Origin: Candidatus Methylacidiphilales bacterium
GTDB taxonomy: Bacteria; Verrucomicrobiota; Verrucomicrobiia; Methylacidiphilales; JAAUTS01
Length of the DNA stretch: 64,000 bases
Direction: 5' to 3'
Assembly (NCBI GenBank): GCA_028713655.1
Contig: JAQTNW010000006.1
Location: 37,544-101,543, forward strand
Both the position numbers and the translations under genes were made by a program. The notes beneath the pieces are model-generated. The model saw nothing but the letters and a program-made list of their open reading frames with translations, was not told where the DNA came from and did not search any database. Every line of letters starts with the position of its first letter. Positions within the stretch are counted from its first letter, which is position 1. Positions 18,563 to 28,395 of the stretch are shown piece after piece.

Positions 18563-19258
18563 CTATAGATTTTCCACCGCAGCGCGATCGTGGCGGATGT
18601 CGTGCGCGGTGTACAAATAATGCACCTCTTCCGCGATGGCTTTGGCATAATCCGCGCAACGCTCGAGGCTCCTTGAAATAAACAGGATGTGGATGAAGGC
18701 CGGTATGTTCTTGGGATTTTTTGCCATGGCTTTGTTAAGGGCAATTTCATTTTCCTTGTTGATCTCGTCCACCTCGCGGTCGGCCAGCACAATCGGCGCA
18801 GCCTTGTCCGGCTCGACTTCCACAAACGCATTGATGGCATCACGCATCATGCCGATCACCAGTTTCCCCATCAAGCGGATATCGACTTCAGTGGGCACCT
18901 CAGGCAACGCATTCAAATGGCGCGCGCGCCGGGCAATGGTGACCGCCTGGTCCGCCATTCCCTCCAAAGCCTGTGAAATTTTTGACGCGCAAAAGGCCAC
19001 GCGGCAGGCGGTGGCGGTCGGGCCGTGGGTTGCAAAATAGGTCACCACCAGTTCATCAATGTTGATTTCCAGTTTGTCGATCACCGTGTCTTCCGACTCC
19101 ACGACCCTGGACTTTTCGTCGTTTCGCTCAAAATAGGCCGCCAGCGCCAGGTTGAGATTCCGGTCGGTCAAACTGGACATCATCAAAAGCGTGTCTTTCA
19201 AATTCAGAAGATGGCCGCGGAATATGCCGCGCATGTGTTCAAGTCGTTCCTGTTCCAT
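18563..19258 (-). CDS. phoU: phosphate signalling complex protein PhoU
   Basis: The duplicated PhoU helical repeat is visible (SRSLERCADYAKAIAEEV at the C-terminus). It follows pstB. ATG chosen at 19258. Confidence 0.85.
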   Translation of the reverse strand: MEQERLEHMRGIFRGHLLNLKDTLLMMSSLTDRNLNLALAAYFERNDEKSRVVESEDTVIDKLEINIDELVVTYFATHGPTATACRVAFCASKISQALEGMADQAVTIARRARHLNALPEVPTEVDIRLMGKLVIGMMRDAINAFVEVEPDKAAPIVLADREVDEINKENEIALNKAMAKNPKNIPAFIHILFISRSLERCADYAKAIAEEVHYLYTAHDIRHDRAAVENL

Positions 19259-19311
19259 AGAATAAAATCTCCGTGCTTGTTGTTTCCCTGTCGGGCGGTT
19301 TCGCCATTCAA

Positions 19312-20148
19312 TCATCCAAATCGTCCGGAGATGTAATCTTCCGTCTGTTGTTTTGCCGGATTGGTGAATATTTTCTCCGTGCGGTCGAACTCGATCAATT
19401 TGCCCAGGTAAAAGAATGCCGTAAAGTCCGAACACCGGCCCGCCTGTTGCATGTTGTGCGTCACAATGACAATCGTATAGCTCTTTTTTAATTCCTCGAT
19501 GAGTTCCTCCACCTTCATCGTGGCGATGGGGTCCAGAGCGGAGCAGGGTTCGTCCATGAGAATGATTTCGGGCTCAACCGCTATGGCCCGGGCAATGCAA
19601 AGGCGCTGCATCTGCCCGCCAGATAATCCGGTCGCCGGATCACTCAGTCGGTCTTTGACCTCGTCCCAAAGCGCGGCGCCGCGCAGGCTTTTTTCAACCA
19701 CCTCATCCAGAATGCTTTTGTTCCGGATGCCCTGCAGGCGGAGGCCATAGACGATGTTTTCGTAGATCGACTTGGGGAAAGGGTTGGACTTCTGGAAAAC
19801 CATGCCCACGCGTTTGCGCAGCTCGATGACATCGACATCCTTCGAGTAAATATCCACGCCGTTGATTTTGATTCCACCCCTGTCTCCGATGCGGGTGAAG
19901 TCGATCAGGTCGTTCATCCGGTTGAAACAGCGCAGCAGCGTTGATTTCCCGCAACCGGAAGGCCCGATGAACGCCGTGACCATTCCCTTTGGGACATCCA
20001 GATTGATTTCATGCAGGGCATGGCTGTTGCCGTAATAAAAGTCCAGATTCCGGACTTCGATGCAGGCGTCCAGGGGCCGTCCGTCCATGCTCAGGACGTT
20101 CGGATTGGTTTCTGTTTTACGTTCTGCTGCGCCTGTTTTCTCGCTCAT
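19312..20148 (-). CDS. pstB: phosphate ABC transporter ATP-binding protein PstB
   Basis: Walker [10 protein letters not shown], signature LSGGQMQRL, Walker B ILMDEP, and the PstB-typical FYYGNSHAL. The start is uncertain, with alternatives up to 20196. Confidence 0.9.
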   Translation of the reverse strand: MSEKTGAAERKTETNPNVLSMDGRPLDACIEVRNLDFYYGNSHALHEINLDVPKGMVTAFIGPSGCGKSTLLRCFNRMNDLIDFTRIGDRGGIKINGVDIYSKDVDVIELRKRVGMVFQKSNPFPKSIYENIVYGLRLQGIRNKSILDEVVEKSLRGAALWDEVKDRLSDPATGLSGGQMQRLCIARAIAVEPEIILMDEPCSALDPIATMKVEELIEELKKSYTIVIVTHNMQQAGRCSDFTAFFYLGKLIEFDRTEKIFTNPAKQQTEDYISGRFG

Positions 20149-20208
20149 GAGTTGAATTCCCATATTAGATCTCCGGGGTTTTCGATTCGATCCCAAAATA
20201 TGAAGTTG

Positions 20209-21252
20209 TCACCACTTGAATTTCTTTCGCACATGGATGCGCAGCAGAATGGACGTCAGCGCAATCAGCATCACGATGAATAAAAAGACAAACGCCGAGC
20301 CATATTGCACTTTTTCGGTGTATTCGTTTTGCGGTACGCGGGCGCTGACCACGAAAATATGGTAGGGCAGCGCCATGACTCCGCTGAAGAAAAAGTCCGT
20401 CCATTTGTCCACTTCCCACGGGAGCTTGTCCCGCACCACATACGCCGCGGTGAACATGATGGCCGCCGTTTCCCCCGCAATCCGCGCCACACCCATAATG
20501 GACGAGGTCAGGATGCCCGGCAACGCGTAGGGGAGCACGTTCTCATAAATGGTCTGCCATTTCGTAGCGCCCAACGCGAGGGATCCTTCACGAAAGCCCT
20601 GGGGCACCGCCCGCAGCGATTCCTCGCTGCCGGTGATCACGATGGGCAACACCATGAAGGCCAGGGTAAACCAGCCCGAAAGCAGCGAGACATTCCATTT
20701 GAAGAGAAGGACAAACATCGCATAGCCCCACATGCCAAAAACAATCGATGGCACGCCCGCCAGATTCATGATTGAGAGGCGGATCAGTACAATCGCCCGT
20801 CCGCCGCGGCTGTATTCGCTCAGATAGGTTGCGGTAATGACGCCCAAAGTCATGGCGATGACCATGGAACCCGCAACCAGCAGCACCGTGCCGACAATCG
20901 CCGGGAAAATGCCGCCGGCGGCATAGACTTGCGACTTTTCATCCGCAATGGAGTCGCTGCCGTTTTTATTCAAATAGTCGCGGTACGCCCTGTCTCCGAG
21001 CTGGAGAGTTTCGCCATTCTTCAGGGTCAGGACATGGAGGGATTCAGGCGATTCGGTCAGGAACGGCACATTGACAAAGGGGGCGGTGCTTTGAAACACC
21101 ACGCGTCCGCCCTTCCATCCAATTTCCAAAAAGATAAGCCCGGCAAAAGCGATGATCAGATAGGTTGCGAGGCGGAACACCCAGAAGGAAGCCGCTTCGA
21201 ACCTTTTGCTCAAAGTGGCCCGCTTGATAAATGGATTGGCTGCGGTATGCAT
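20209..21252 (-). CDS. pstA: phosphate ABC transporter permease PstA
   Basis: Multi-TM protein with an EAA-like loop ([23 protein letters not shown]). Position in the pst operon supports the call. Confidence 0.85.
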   Translation of the reverse strand: MHTAANPFIKRATLSKRFEAASFWVFRLATYLIIAFAGLIFLEIGWKGGRVVFQSTAPFVNVPFLTESPESLHVLTLKNGETLQLGDRAYRDYLNKNGSDSIADEKSQVYAAGGIFPAIVGTVLLVAGSMVIAMTLGVITATYLSEYSRGGRAIVLIRLSIMNLAGVPSIVFGMWGYAMFVLLFKWNVSLLSGWFTLAFMVLPIVITGSEESLRAVPQGFREGSLALGATKWQTIYENVLPYALPGILTSSIMGVARIAGETAAIMFTAAYVVRDKLPWEVDKWTDFFFSGVMALPYHIFVVSARVPQNEYTEKVQYGSAFVFLFIVMLIALTSILLRIHVRKKFKW

Positions 21253-21255
21253 AGG

Positions 21256-22953
21256 TTAGCCCACCGAAATCTTGAATTTACGAACGAAAACCTGCGCGAT
21301 GTAATTGATCAGCAATGAAATCAAGAACAGCATGATGGCCAGCATGAACAAGGCGCGGTATTGCAGGCTGTTTTTCACCACTTCCGGGATTTCCTGCGCC
21401 ACAAGCCCTGTCATGGTATGCACCGGCTGGAAAATAAAACCCAGACCCTGGGTAAAGTCGGGGATTTGAATGCGGTTGCCCGCGCACAACAGCACCACCA
21501 TCGTCTCTCCGATCACCCGGCCAAAGCCCAGCAGCACCGCGGATATGATTCCGGAAAGGCTGGCGGGAATCAGAATGCGCAGGATGGTTTGAAGCCGGTT
21601 TGCCCCCAGCGCGAAGGAGGCCTCCTTGTACGACTTGGGGACATTGTTCAGGGCGTCCTCCGAAAATGTAAAGATGGCCGGCACACCCATCAGAGCCAGC
21701 AGAATGCCGGCCGTGATGATGTTCAATCGCTCAGAAATCGGAAAAAAGGGAACCCAGGATGTTAGCGTCCTTGCGGCTGCATTCAAGCCGGACGGCAGCC
21801 ATTGGATGAATGCCGGAAGATGCGCCACCCAGGCCGGATCGAAAAGGATGCCGTTTGAAAAGTCGCGTATGGCTGTTCCAAGAATCGCAACCCCGAAAAA
21901 CCCCAACACCACGGATGGGATAACCGCGATAAACTCAATGAACGGCTTGATCAGGTTCTGTTCGTGAATATTGGCGACCTGGTTGATATACACCGCCGCC
22001 CCTACCCCCAGCGGCACGGCGATGACCAGAGCCACAACGCTTACGGCCAGTGATCCGACAAACAGGGGAACCATTCCATACCAGTCCTGCCAGAAACTCT
22101 GCGTCACCCATTGCGGCCCGAAAAGAAAGCGGGTCAGGGTTTCATGGACCGGGATCGTCGTATCATAGCTCCAATTCGCGAGCTTTCGTTCGGTATCCGG
22201 GAAGGCATTGATGTATTTTCCGGCAGCGGCCTTAAAATGCACGGCCTGGCTTTTTAGCTTTGGATCGTCGGATGCTGGAAATTCCAAAAGCAATAAACCC
22301 AATCTCTTCTTCAATGTTTGGTTGATTTCCACAAGCCGGGGAATTTGGGCTTTCAGCGCTTCCGATTCCTTTCTGAAATCCACGGTTTCAACTTCCAATT
22401 TCGCAGCTTCATCCTTGGACCCGGCCTTGAGATACTGTTCCCTTGCAATGGAATTTTCCTTCGCCACACCCCAGCGCTCTTTTACGGCCGCCGCCTGCTG
22501 GGTTAACTCTCTAACGAAATCCTGAAGCGGAATGCTGGATTCATCAAAATCCTTCCGAAATTGCGCAAGCGGCGCGGTGGCTTCTGCGATTTTTCCCTCA
22601 TCCATCCCGCCTTTCCTGAGCTCGCCGTTTTTACGGTCCAGCATTTTATCGAGGTATTGGGTGAGGGCGGAGTGCGCCTCCGCCTGATCCTTGATGATAT
22701 CCACGAACTCCAGGCCACACTGGCGGTACATCTGGAGGTTTTCGTAATTTTGAGGAAAGAAACCCAGACCTTCTCGAAACAGTGAAAACGTGATCAGGCC
22801 CAGGACGAGGATGGCGATCCATGCGTTGCCAAAGAAAAAATAGTGGATGATCTGGTCCATCGACAGGCCCAGAATCCTGAATTTATTTTTCGACAGAACG
22901 GCCTCGTGCATGGGCCGTTGGTCGAGGCGCTTGATATCTGTTTTGGCGGACAT
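21256..22953 (-). CDS. pstC: phosphate ABC transporter permease PstC (long form with a large periplasmic insert)
   Basis: EAA loop EDALNNVPKSYKEASFALGANRLQT. An about 250-aa hydrophilic insert follows TM1. Position in the pst operon supports the call. Confidence 0.85.
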   Translation of the reverse strand: MSAKTDIKRLDQRPMHEAVLSKNKFRILGLSMDQIIHYFFFGNAWIAILVLGLITFSLFREGLGFFPQNYENLQMYRQCGLEFVDIIKDQAEAHSALTQYLDKMLDRKNGELRKGGMDEGKIAEATAPLAQFRKDFDESSIPLQDFVRELTQQAAAVKERWGVAKENSIAREQYLKAGSKDEAAKLEVETVDFRKESEALKAQIPRLVEINQTLKKRLGLLLLEFPASDDPKLKSQAVHFKAAAGKYINAFPDTERKLANWSYDTTIPVHETLTRFLFGPQWVTQSFWQDWYGMVPLFVGSLAVSVVALVIAVPLGVGAAVYINQVANIHEQNLIKPFIEFIAVIPSVVLGFFGVAILGTAIRDFSNGILFDPAWVAHLPAFIQWLPSGLNAAARTLTSWVPFFPISERLNIITAGILLALMGVPAIFTFSEDALNNVPKSYKEASFALGANRLQTILRILIPASLSGIISAVLLGFGRVIGETMVVLLCAGNRIQIPDFTQGLGFIFQPVHTMTGLVAQEIPEVVKNSLQYRALFMLAIMLFLISLLINYIAQVFVRKFKISVG

Positions 22954-23162
22954 AGGGGATCAAATTGAACCAGGTTCGCCGCAGAGAACACTGAGGAAAA
23001 GCAAATTTAAGTTTTAAGCTCCACGTCCTTTGCGATCTTCCTGTAATATCGTTTTACTTCATGCCTTAGTGTCTTCGTGTTTCCAGCTCAAGTTTCCACA
23101 CAAAAAAGCCCGCCGAGTATCGAACTGCAGCGGGCTTCCTAATAATGGCCTTACCAATAGGG

Positions 23163-23975
23163 TTATTTCATGGGAACAAAACCAACCTGATCCACAATCT
23201 TGGAGCCGTCCGCTCCAAGAACAAAGTGGATGAAATCAGCCACGAGTCCGGTCGGAGCGCCTTTGGTGTAGAAGAAGGTCGGACGGGCCAGCGGATAGGA
23301 ATGGCTCTGTACGCTGGCTTGGGTCGGAAGACCGCCATCGACAGAAACAGCCTTGATACCCGGGGCTTTCAGATAGGCCATCCCGACGTAGCCGATGCCA
23401 CTCGGGTTTTTGCCCACTTCAGCCGCGATCTGTTCGTTGCCCGCCATTTTCTGGGCGCTGCCGGCATAATCATGCTTGCTCATCGCCAGTTCCTTGAAGT
23501 CAGCGTAGGTGCCGGAAGCGGTATTACGGGTGTAGATCGAAATCTTTCCCGCTTTGCCACCCACAGCGCTCCAGTCGGTGACCTCACCGGTGAATATCTG
23601 CTCAACCTGGCGTTTGCTCAGCGCGCTGATCGAATTGCTGGTGTTGACAATCACCCCAATGCCGTCCCACGCGACCACGGTGGGAAACATTTTGACGCCG
23701 TTTGCGCCGGCTGTCGCAACTTCAGTGGGCTTCGCGCGGCGGCTGGACATGCCGATATCAGCAGTGCCATCAATGATGGCGGCGATGCCGGTGGTGGAGC
23801 CTTCCGCTGCGATCTCAAACGTCACGCCGGGGTGCTGGGCTCTATAAGCTTCCGCCAACTGGGGAACCAGTTTGGCGCCGAGTGTATCCGAGCCTTTGAG
23901 CACCAGTTTTTCCGCTTTGACAGCGGGAAGCAGCGCCAGCGAGGCAAGGATCAGGGAGAGAATGGATTTTTTCAT
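23163..23975 (-). CDS. pstS: phosphate-binding protein PstS
   Basis: Signal peptide, then PBP-like_2 blocks (LKGSDTLG, EGSTTGI, IGMSSR, YPLARP). Confidence 0.85.
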   Translation of the reverse strand: MKKSILSLILASLALLPAVKAEKLVLKGSDTLGAKLVPQLAEAYRAQHPGVTFEIAAEGSTTGIAAIIDGTADIGMSSRRAKPTEVATAGANGVKMFPTVVAWDGIGVIVNTSNSISALSKRQVEQIFTGEVTDWSAVGGKAGKISIYTRNTASGTYADFKELAMSKHDYAGSAQKMAGNEQIAAEVGKNPSGIGYVGMAYLKAPGIKAVSVDGGLPTQASVQSHSYPLARPTFFYTKGAPTGLVADFIHFVLGADGSKIVDQVGFVPMK

Positions 23976-24060
23976 GGTTTTTGTAGGGTTATACTTTGGG
24001 GTTATCCCATCCCAGGAAGCCCCGCATAAACGGGGCTTCCATCGGATGAGAGATTAGAAC

Positions 24061-25524
24061 TTAGAACTTCCATATCAAGTCAACTTGCACGAGATCGGTG
24101 TTGGAAAAGTCGCTTTTTGTGACACCAGCGGTCGGTAGAACCTGGGTAACATCGGTAACGTTGTTGTCAATCTGCCCACTGTGGCGCCAGTTCACGGAAC
24201 CTGTGATGTTCTCAGTGAAGTTATAGCTGGCTTTCAAGCCGAAACCTGCGCCGTTGAGCGAGCCACCATTCCAGTCAGAGTCGATGAGAGCGCCGGTCCA
24301 GGAATAGGTTTCATAGTAGGCATATGTGCCGTCCAAAGCCCAGCCGCCTTTGCCTTTACCCTTGGTTCCACCGCCACTGATCTGGTAACCGAGCAGGAAG
24401 AACTGATTGCGCCCATCCTGGCCCACGCTGTTCGCGCCATCCGGGTTGCGGTAATGCGCCGCCATTTCCTGGCCCGTCAGATTGACGCCATATTCCCCGT
24501 AGAACCTGCCTTTGCTGTTATCGAGGAAGAAAGGCGTGTCCAGGCTCGCGTCCACCATAAACACATTCAGGTAGTTGATGTCAAACGCAGCCGGATCGCT
24601 CCAACCTGGGTTGACGTTGTTATTGGTTCTTACTGAGCTGTCGCCCGCTCCGTTTACGAAGGCGGGAGATACGCGCAGGTTCCAGCTCGGGCTGAACTTG
24701 TAAGCCATGTCCAACTGGTTGACAAACAAGAAAGGGTCGCTGGATGTGTTGAGGGCGTTACCGGAGATACTTGTAGAGGTATATGAGTTATCGGCCGTAG
24801 ATTGATCACCCCAGACATAAATGCCATGTGTGGAACCAATGGTGAAATCCTTGCAGAAGGGATGGAAGTCGCCGATCTTGATCGAGCCGCCGTCCGGATT
24901 GATGTCGCTGTCCCAAGTCCAGCCGTTGACAATGTTGTGGGGCTGCAACTGGCGTCCTGCAGTCATGCTCAGCCAGTCCTGATCGAAGGCCTTTGTCCAT
25001 GTCAGGTAAGCCAGATCCACAAACACGGTATTGTTGGCCGGCCAGGATTTTGCTCCCGTTCCAAAGTCGGCATTGGTACTGTTGTGATCGCCGCCGCCGC
25101 CGTTGGTGGCCAGACGGACTCCCGCCTTGAAGTTGTCGCTGAACAGATACTCGGCGCCCAAGCGGACCCGGAAACGATTGCGATTGCGCTCCTGAATGTC
25201 ATTGACCACGCCGCCCGCACTAGAACCCGTCATGCCGGTATTGATGGCGCGTTTGTCCCATTCATAACGCAGACGCACATCTCCGTAGAGTTTGAGACCT
25301 TTGACCGCGCTCGAACCGACGCTTAGAAAACCGCCAGGCGTTGCCGTGTAATCAGACAACATTTCAGCGCGAATTTCTTCGCCTTCCTGAGCATTCAAGA
25401 GACCCTTTTTGACCAGTGCGTCCACCAAGGGACCACCGTCGCCACCATCAGCCCGAACCAGAGAAGCCGCGCCCATCAGCGCAACACCCATCGCGAGACT
25501 CCATTTCATGAGATGAAGTTTCAT
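24061..25524 (-). CDS. outer-membrane beta-barrel porin (probable phosphate-regulated porin)
   Basis: Signal peptide, alternating beta-strand pattern, Gly/Asn/Ser-rich loops and a C-terminal ...DLIWKF. It is the first gene of the pst cluster. Confidence 0.65.
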   Translation of the reverse strand: MKLHLMKWSLAMGVALMGAASLVRADGGDGGPLVDALVKKGLLNAQEGEEIRAEMLSDYTATPGGFLSVGSSAVKGLKLYGDVRLRYEWDKRAINTGMTGSSAGGVVNDIQERNRNRFRVRLGAEYLFSDNFKAGVRLATNGGGGDHNSTNADFGTGAKSWPANNTVFVDLAYLTWTKAFDQDWLSMTAGRQLQPHNIVNGWTWDSDINPDGGSIKIGDFHPFCKDFTIGSTHGIYVWGDQSTADNSYTSTSISGNALNTSSDPFLFVNQLDMAYKFSPSWNLRVSPAFVNGAGDSSVRTNNNVNPGWSDPAAFDINYLNVFMVDASLDTPFFLDNSKGRFYGEYGVNLTGQEMAAHYRNPDGANSVGQDGRNQFFLLGYQISGGGTKGKGKGGWALDGTYAYYETYSWTGALIDSDWNGGSLNGAGFGLKASYNFTENITGSVNWRHSGQIDNNVTDVTQVLPTAGVTKSDFSNTDLVQVDLIWKF

Positions 25525-25638
25525 TTTTTGTATTCCTCCTTATTAAGAATAATCGTTTTTATTTTAGAATTTTCCTTTGCCGGAAACCTGTAAACCCGAG
25601 CCACAGCCCTTCCAGACCGCAAAAAGGTGAGCGTCAAT

Positions 25639-25665
25639 TGTTACAAATAGGTGACGATAGGGTTA
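25639..25665 (-). promoter_or_regulatory. three 11-bp-phased direct repeats (GTTAC n6 GTGAC n6 GTTAC), candidate Pho-box-like operator
   Basis: Pentamers sit at 25639, 25650 and 25661, spaced exactly 11 bp apart and about 115-140 bp upstream of the porin start. The analogy is to 11-bp-phased PhoB boxes. The consensus for this lineage is unknown to me. Confidence 0.3.
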
Positions 25666-26000
25666 CTTTTTGTATTTTTTAAAAACCGGTCAAGGGGGTC
25701 TATTTTACTGAAAATCGCGTAAGATGTGGCGAGTGCAGAAGCAATCTGGGCATGCCTTCTGCTCGTTCGCGCGACGAACAAGGGATCTGCAATAATATTA
25801 AAGGCGAAGCTTCCCCAACTTTACGGATGGGGTCTCTTCACATTCTTCGGCGCGAAACCACGCCGAAGCGTATCCGCCGCTGTCCGACGGCTTGCCGGAC
25901 TATGGCGGGATAACCCAGTGATCTGTACGCCGTGAGATGATGGGTTGGCCGTGCTGGGATTTGCGCCGTTGGCAAGGCGCGAACGCAGTCCTCTTCTATG

Positions 26001-26033
26001 CAAAAAAAAACGGCCCCGTTCAACGGGGCCGTT
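26001..26033 (-). terminator. rho-independent terminator downstream of the flp genes
   Basis: The minus strand reads acggccccgttgaacggggccgtttttttttg. Confidence 0.8.
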
Positions 26034-26065
26034 TCGCAAGGCAATACTCGTTACGCTTGAGTCGA

Positions 26066-26266
26066 TTAGGAGCCGCCGTTGGCGCCGAGCGTATTGGTAA
26101 TCGTGTTGAAGATGTTCTTCAACTGATTGCCCAAGAGACCCAGGACAACGATGACAACGATGGAAACCAGCGCGAGAATCAGGCCGTATTCCACGAGGGT
26201 CTGGCCTTTTTTGCTCTTCAGGTATACCATGCGACTGGCAAGTTTGGTGTAGAGTTTAGTTAGCAT
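26066..26266 (-). CDS. flp: Flp/Fap-family type IVb pilin
   Basis: MLTKLYTKLASRMVYLKSKKGQTLVEYGLILALVSIVVIVVLG has the G/xxxxEY prepilin motif and a hydrophobic helix. Confidence 0.75.
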   Translation of the reverse strand: MLTKLYTKLASRMVYLKSKKGQTLVEYGLILALVSIVVIVVLGLLGNQLKNIFNTITNTLGANGGS

Positions 26267-26291
26267 TTTGTTTTCCTTTTTTTTGTTGGGG

Positions 26292-26534
26292 TTAAGAAGC
26301 AACTGGCCGAAGGGTATTTGTCACCGCATTGAAAAAGTTAGTGATATTGTTTCCCAAAACACTCAGCAGCACCAATACGACGATTACGACCCAAAACACG
26401 ATAAGGGCATATTCCACCAAGGTTTGTCCCTTCTTCGAGCTCGCAATTGCGTTTATGTTGGCACATATGAGTCTGCTTTTGATCCAATTCGAGAGCCTCC
26501 CAATTCGAAACCTATACCCTTCGGCTCTCATCAT
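26292..26534 (-). CDS. flp: Flp/Fap-family type IVb pilin paralog
   Basis: ...SSKKGQTLVEYALIVFWVVIVVLVLLSVLG... carries the same motif. The start codon is uncertain because the leader looks long. Confidence 0.65.
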   Translation of the reverse strand: MMRAEGYRFRIGRLSNWIKSRLICANINAIASSKKGQTLVEYALIVFWVVIVVLVLLSVLGNNITNFFNAVTNTLRPVAS

Positions 26535-26669
26535 GTAGTAAGAGTAGCCTAGACTGTGCCAAACTTGAAATCAGGCGAATCCAAGTGGTTCTTCAGAGTA
26601 AAGCCAAGAGAACAGGAGATATTAAAAATTTACGATAAGGCAAATTATGCCTAGTTGGGCAAAATTTAC

Positions 26670-27461
26670 CTATGGCAAGGCAATGTTTTCAAGCGCGAAA
26701 GGAATCGTGACCTCCTGCGGATCGATCGCGATGAAAATCTTTGCAACCGTGTCGGGCGGCAATGGCGTGTCCGACTGCTTTGTAAAGTTTGCTGTCCTGC
26801 CCGCGCTAAACGAACTGGCGCGTGTGGGAATTGGCTTGTCGTCCGGAGTCTGAAGTTCAACGCCGCTGACTTTGTCCTTTTCGCCACTAATCTCGATGCA
26901 AACGGCCCTTTGGCGGAGAGATTCCGCTTCGTCATCGCTGGCTCCCGGCAAGGCTTGGCGCGGATCCACCACCCGAACGGCAAACTCATGCGCCTTGAAA
27001 AGCGGGTTATCGATGTTTTGGTTGATTTTTTTCAGGACATTATCAATCAAAACCACCTGGTGCCGGTAGGTGCGGATTTTAAGGGTCCCCGCCAGTTTTT
27101 TGATGGATTCCGCATTTCGTCCGGGAGCTCCCAGATCCAAATTCAAGGTGCCGCTGTCATCGCCAGTAAGCCGTTTCCCCAAGGGTGCAAATTGCTCATT
27201 GCTGGTCTTGACCGGCAGCTTGTTGCCGAGATTATCCACGGCCTCGGCAACTTCGATATCCCCCGCCTCCAGGGCAGTTTTAAGGGCTTCGCCCTTGAGA
27301 CTCAACGTGACCGTAAGCGTGGAATCCCCCTTGCTGGCACCGTTGTCCCGCACCCGGTATTCAATCACACGGGCCACATCAACCGATGGGGAATCCCCGG
27401 CGAGTAAAATTCCCGTCCAACTCCACAACAGAAAAAAAGTAACGCAAGCGCGCTGGATCAT
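26670..27461 (-). CDS. secreted hypothetical protein (first gene of the flp operon)
   Basis: Signal peptide MIQRACVTFFLLWSWTGILLAGD. The sequence is non-repetitive and hydrophilic. The antisense ORF 26655..27407 is rejected. Confidence 0.5.
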   Translation of the reverse strand: MIQRACVTFFLLWSWTGILLAGDSPSVDVARVIEYRVRDNGASKGDSTLTVTLSLKGEALKTALEAGDIEVAEAVDNLGNKLPVKTSNEQFAPLGKRLTGDDSGTLNLDLGAPGRNAESIKKLAGTLKIRTYRHQVVLIDNVLKKINQNIDNPLFKAHEFAVRVVDPRQALPGASDDEAESLRQRAVCIEISGEKDKVSGVELQTPDDKPIPTRASSFSAGRTANFTKQSDTPLPPDTVAKIFIAIDPQEVTIPFALENIALP

Positions 27462-27567
27462 GAAACAGCGTTAGCGTGAACTACCGCACTTTCCCATGAT
27501 ATTTTTTGGGAATTGGCGTCGATTGTCATAATACTGTAACAATTGCCATCCAACGTGCGCGGATTGC

Positions 27568-28395
27568 ATGAAATTCCGCACTTGGACCCTCATCGCAGCG
27601 TTAGCCGGCCTGTCTGCTGCGGCTTATGCCGGCGACATGGTGCGGTTGTATGAGTTTGGGGCGGATGACGTGGCCTACCTGGCGTTGCCGAAGCAGGCAC
27701 CGAAGGCTGCAATCCTGCTGGTTCCCGACTCCCTGGGCTCCCTTGAGATCGTCAGCAAACGCTGTGATCTGCTTGCCAAATTAGGTTACACGGCCATGGC
27801 CCTGGATCTTTACGGCGGCACGGAGGCCGCGAGTCCGACAGATGCGAAACAGATACAATCCAAAATTTCAAAGCAACTGGCCAAACAAACCGTGGCTGCG
27901 GGCTTGAAATTGTTGTGCGAAAGCCCCCGATACCGCGCTGAAAAGCTCATTCTGGCGGTCTGGGGCGATAATATGCCCGTTGTGCTGGAGGCCCTGAAGG
28001 ACGCAGGCCCAGGAGTCCATTTGACGGCCGTCAGTTGGCTGGAAGCCGCTGGAGGCGGGCAACCCCGTGAGTTGGCTTCACTGCCGTGCGCCTTCCAGGT
28101 GATCTACGCCCCGGAACAAGCCCAGTCGGAGCTTGGGAAATATCTTCAGGCCCTGGGCGAACTCAGAGGAGGGAAAGATGATATTGAAAAAGTGGAATAT
28201 GATGCCGGCTTTTTATTGAAGCCCGAGATCTCCGGCGCCTGTGCGGATGTCTGGTCCAATATCATCCGGTTCTGGGGAGTCCAGGCCCAGGGTTTGGCCC
28301 CGGGGCTGACTGACAAATCAGAATCGTTAACATCCGAGATGGCGGACGCCCGTCCCGTAAAAAATTCCTCTTACTCCGACAGGTTCGGGCGTTAG
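27568..28395 (+). CDS. secreted dienelactone-hydrolase-like alpha/beta protein
   Basis: Signal peptide. AAILLVPDSLGSLEIVSKRCDLLAKLGYTAMALDLYGG resembles the DLH-family N-terminal region. I am not confident I see a nucleophile motif. Confidence 0.35.
   Translation: MKFRTWTLIAALAGLSAAAYAGDMVRLYEFGADDVAYLALPKQAPKAAILLVPDSLGSLEIVSKRCDLLAKLGYTAMALDLYGGTEAASPTDAKQIQSKISKQLAKQTVAAGLKLLCESPRYRAEKLILAVWGDNMPVVLEALKDAGPGVHLTAVSWLEAAGGGQPRELASLPCAFQVIYAPEQAQSELGKYLQALGELRGGKDDIEKVEYDAGFLLKPEISGACADVWSNIIRFWGVQAQGLAPGLTDKSESLTSEMADARPVKNSSYSDRFGR

Noticed and set aside
25700-26000. A 300-bp ORF-free stretch upstream of the porin, considered as a structured ncRNA (riboswitch, 6S, SRP, RNase P, tmRNA).
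   Set aside because: I could not recognise any of the conserved cores of these RNAs. It contains a hairpin (ttcggcgcgaaaccacgccgaa) that is a member of a dispersed repeat also seen at 8893..8925.
28392-28395. Convergent genes overlapping or nearly touching with no terminator room (DLH-like/nagZ overlap by 4 nt; 36071/36078; 37059/37064).
   Set aside because: This is real in the sequence, but such tight convergent packing is common in compact bacterial genomes. There is no evidence of regulatory significance.
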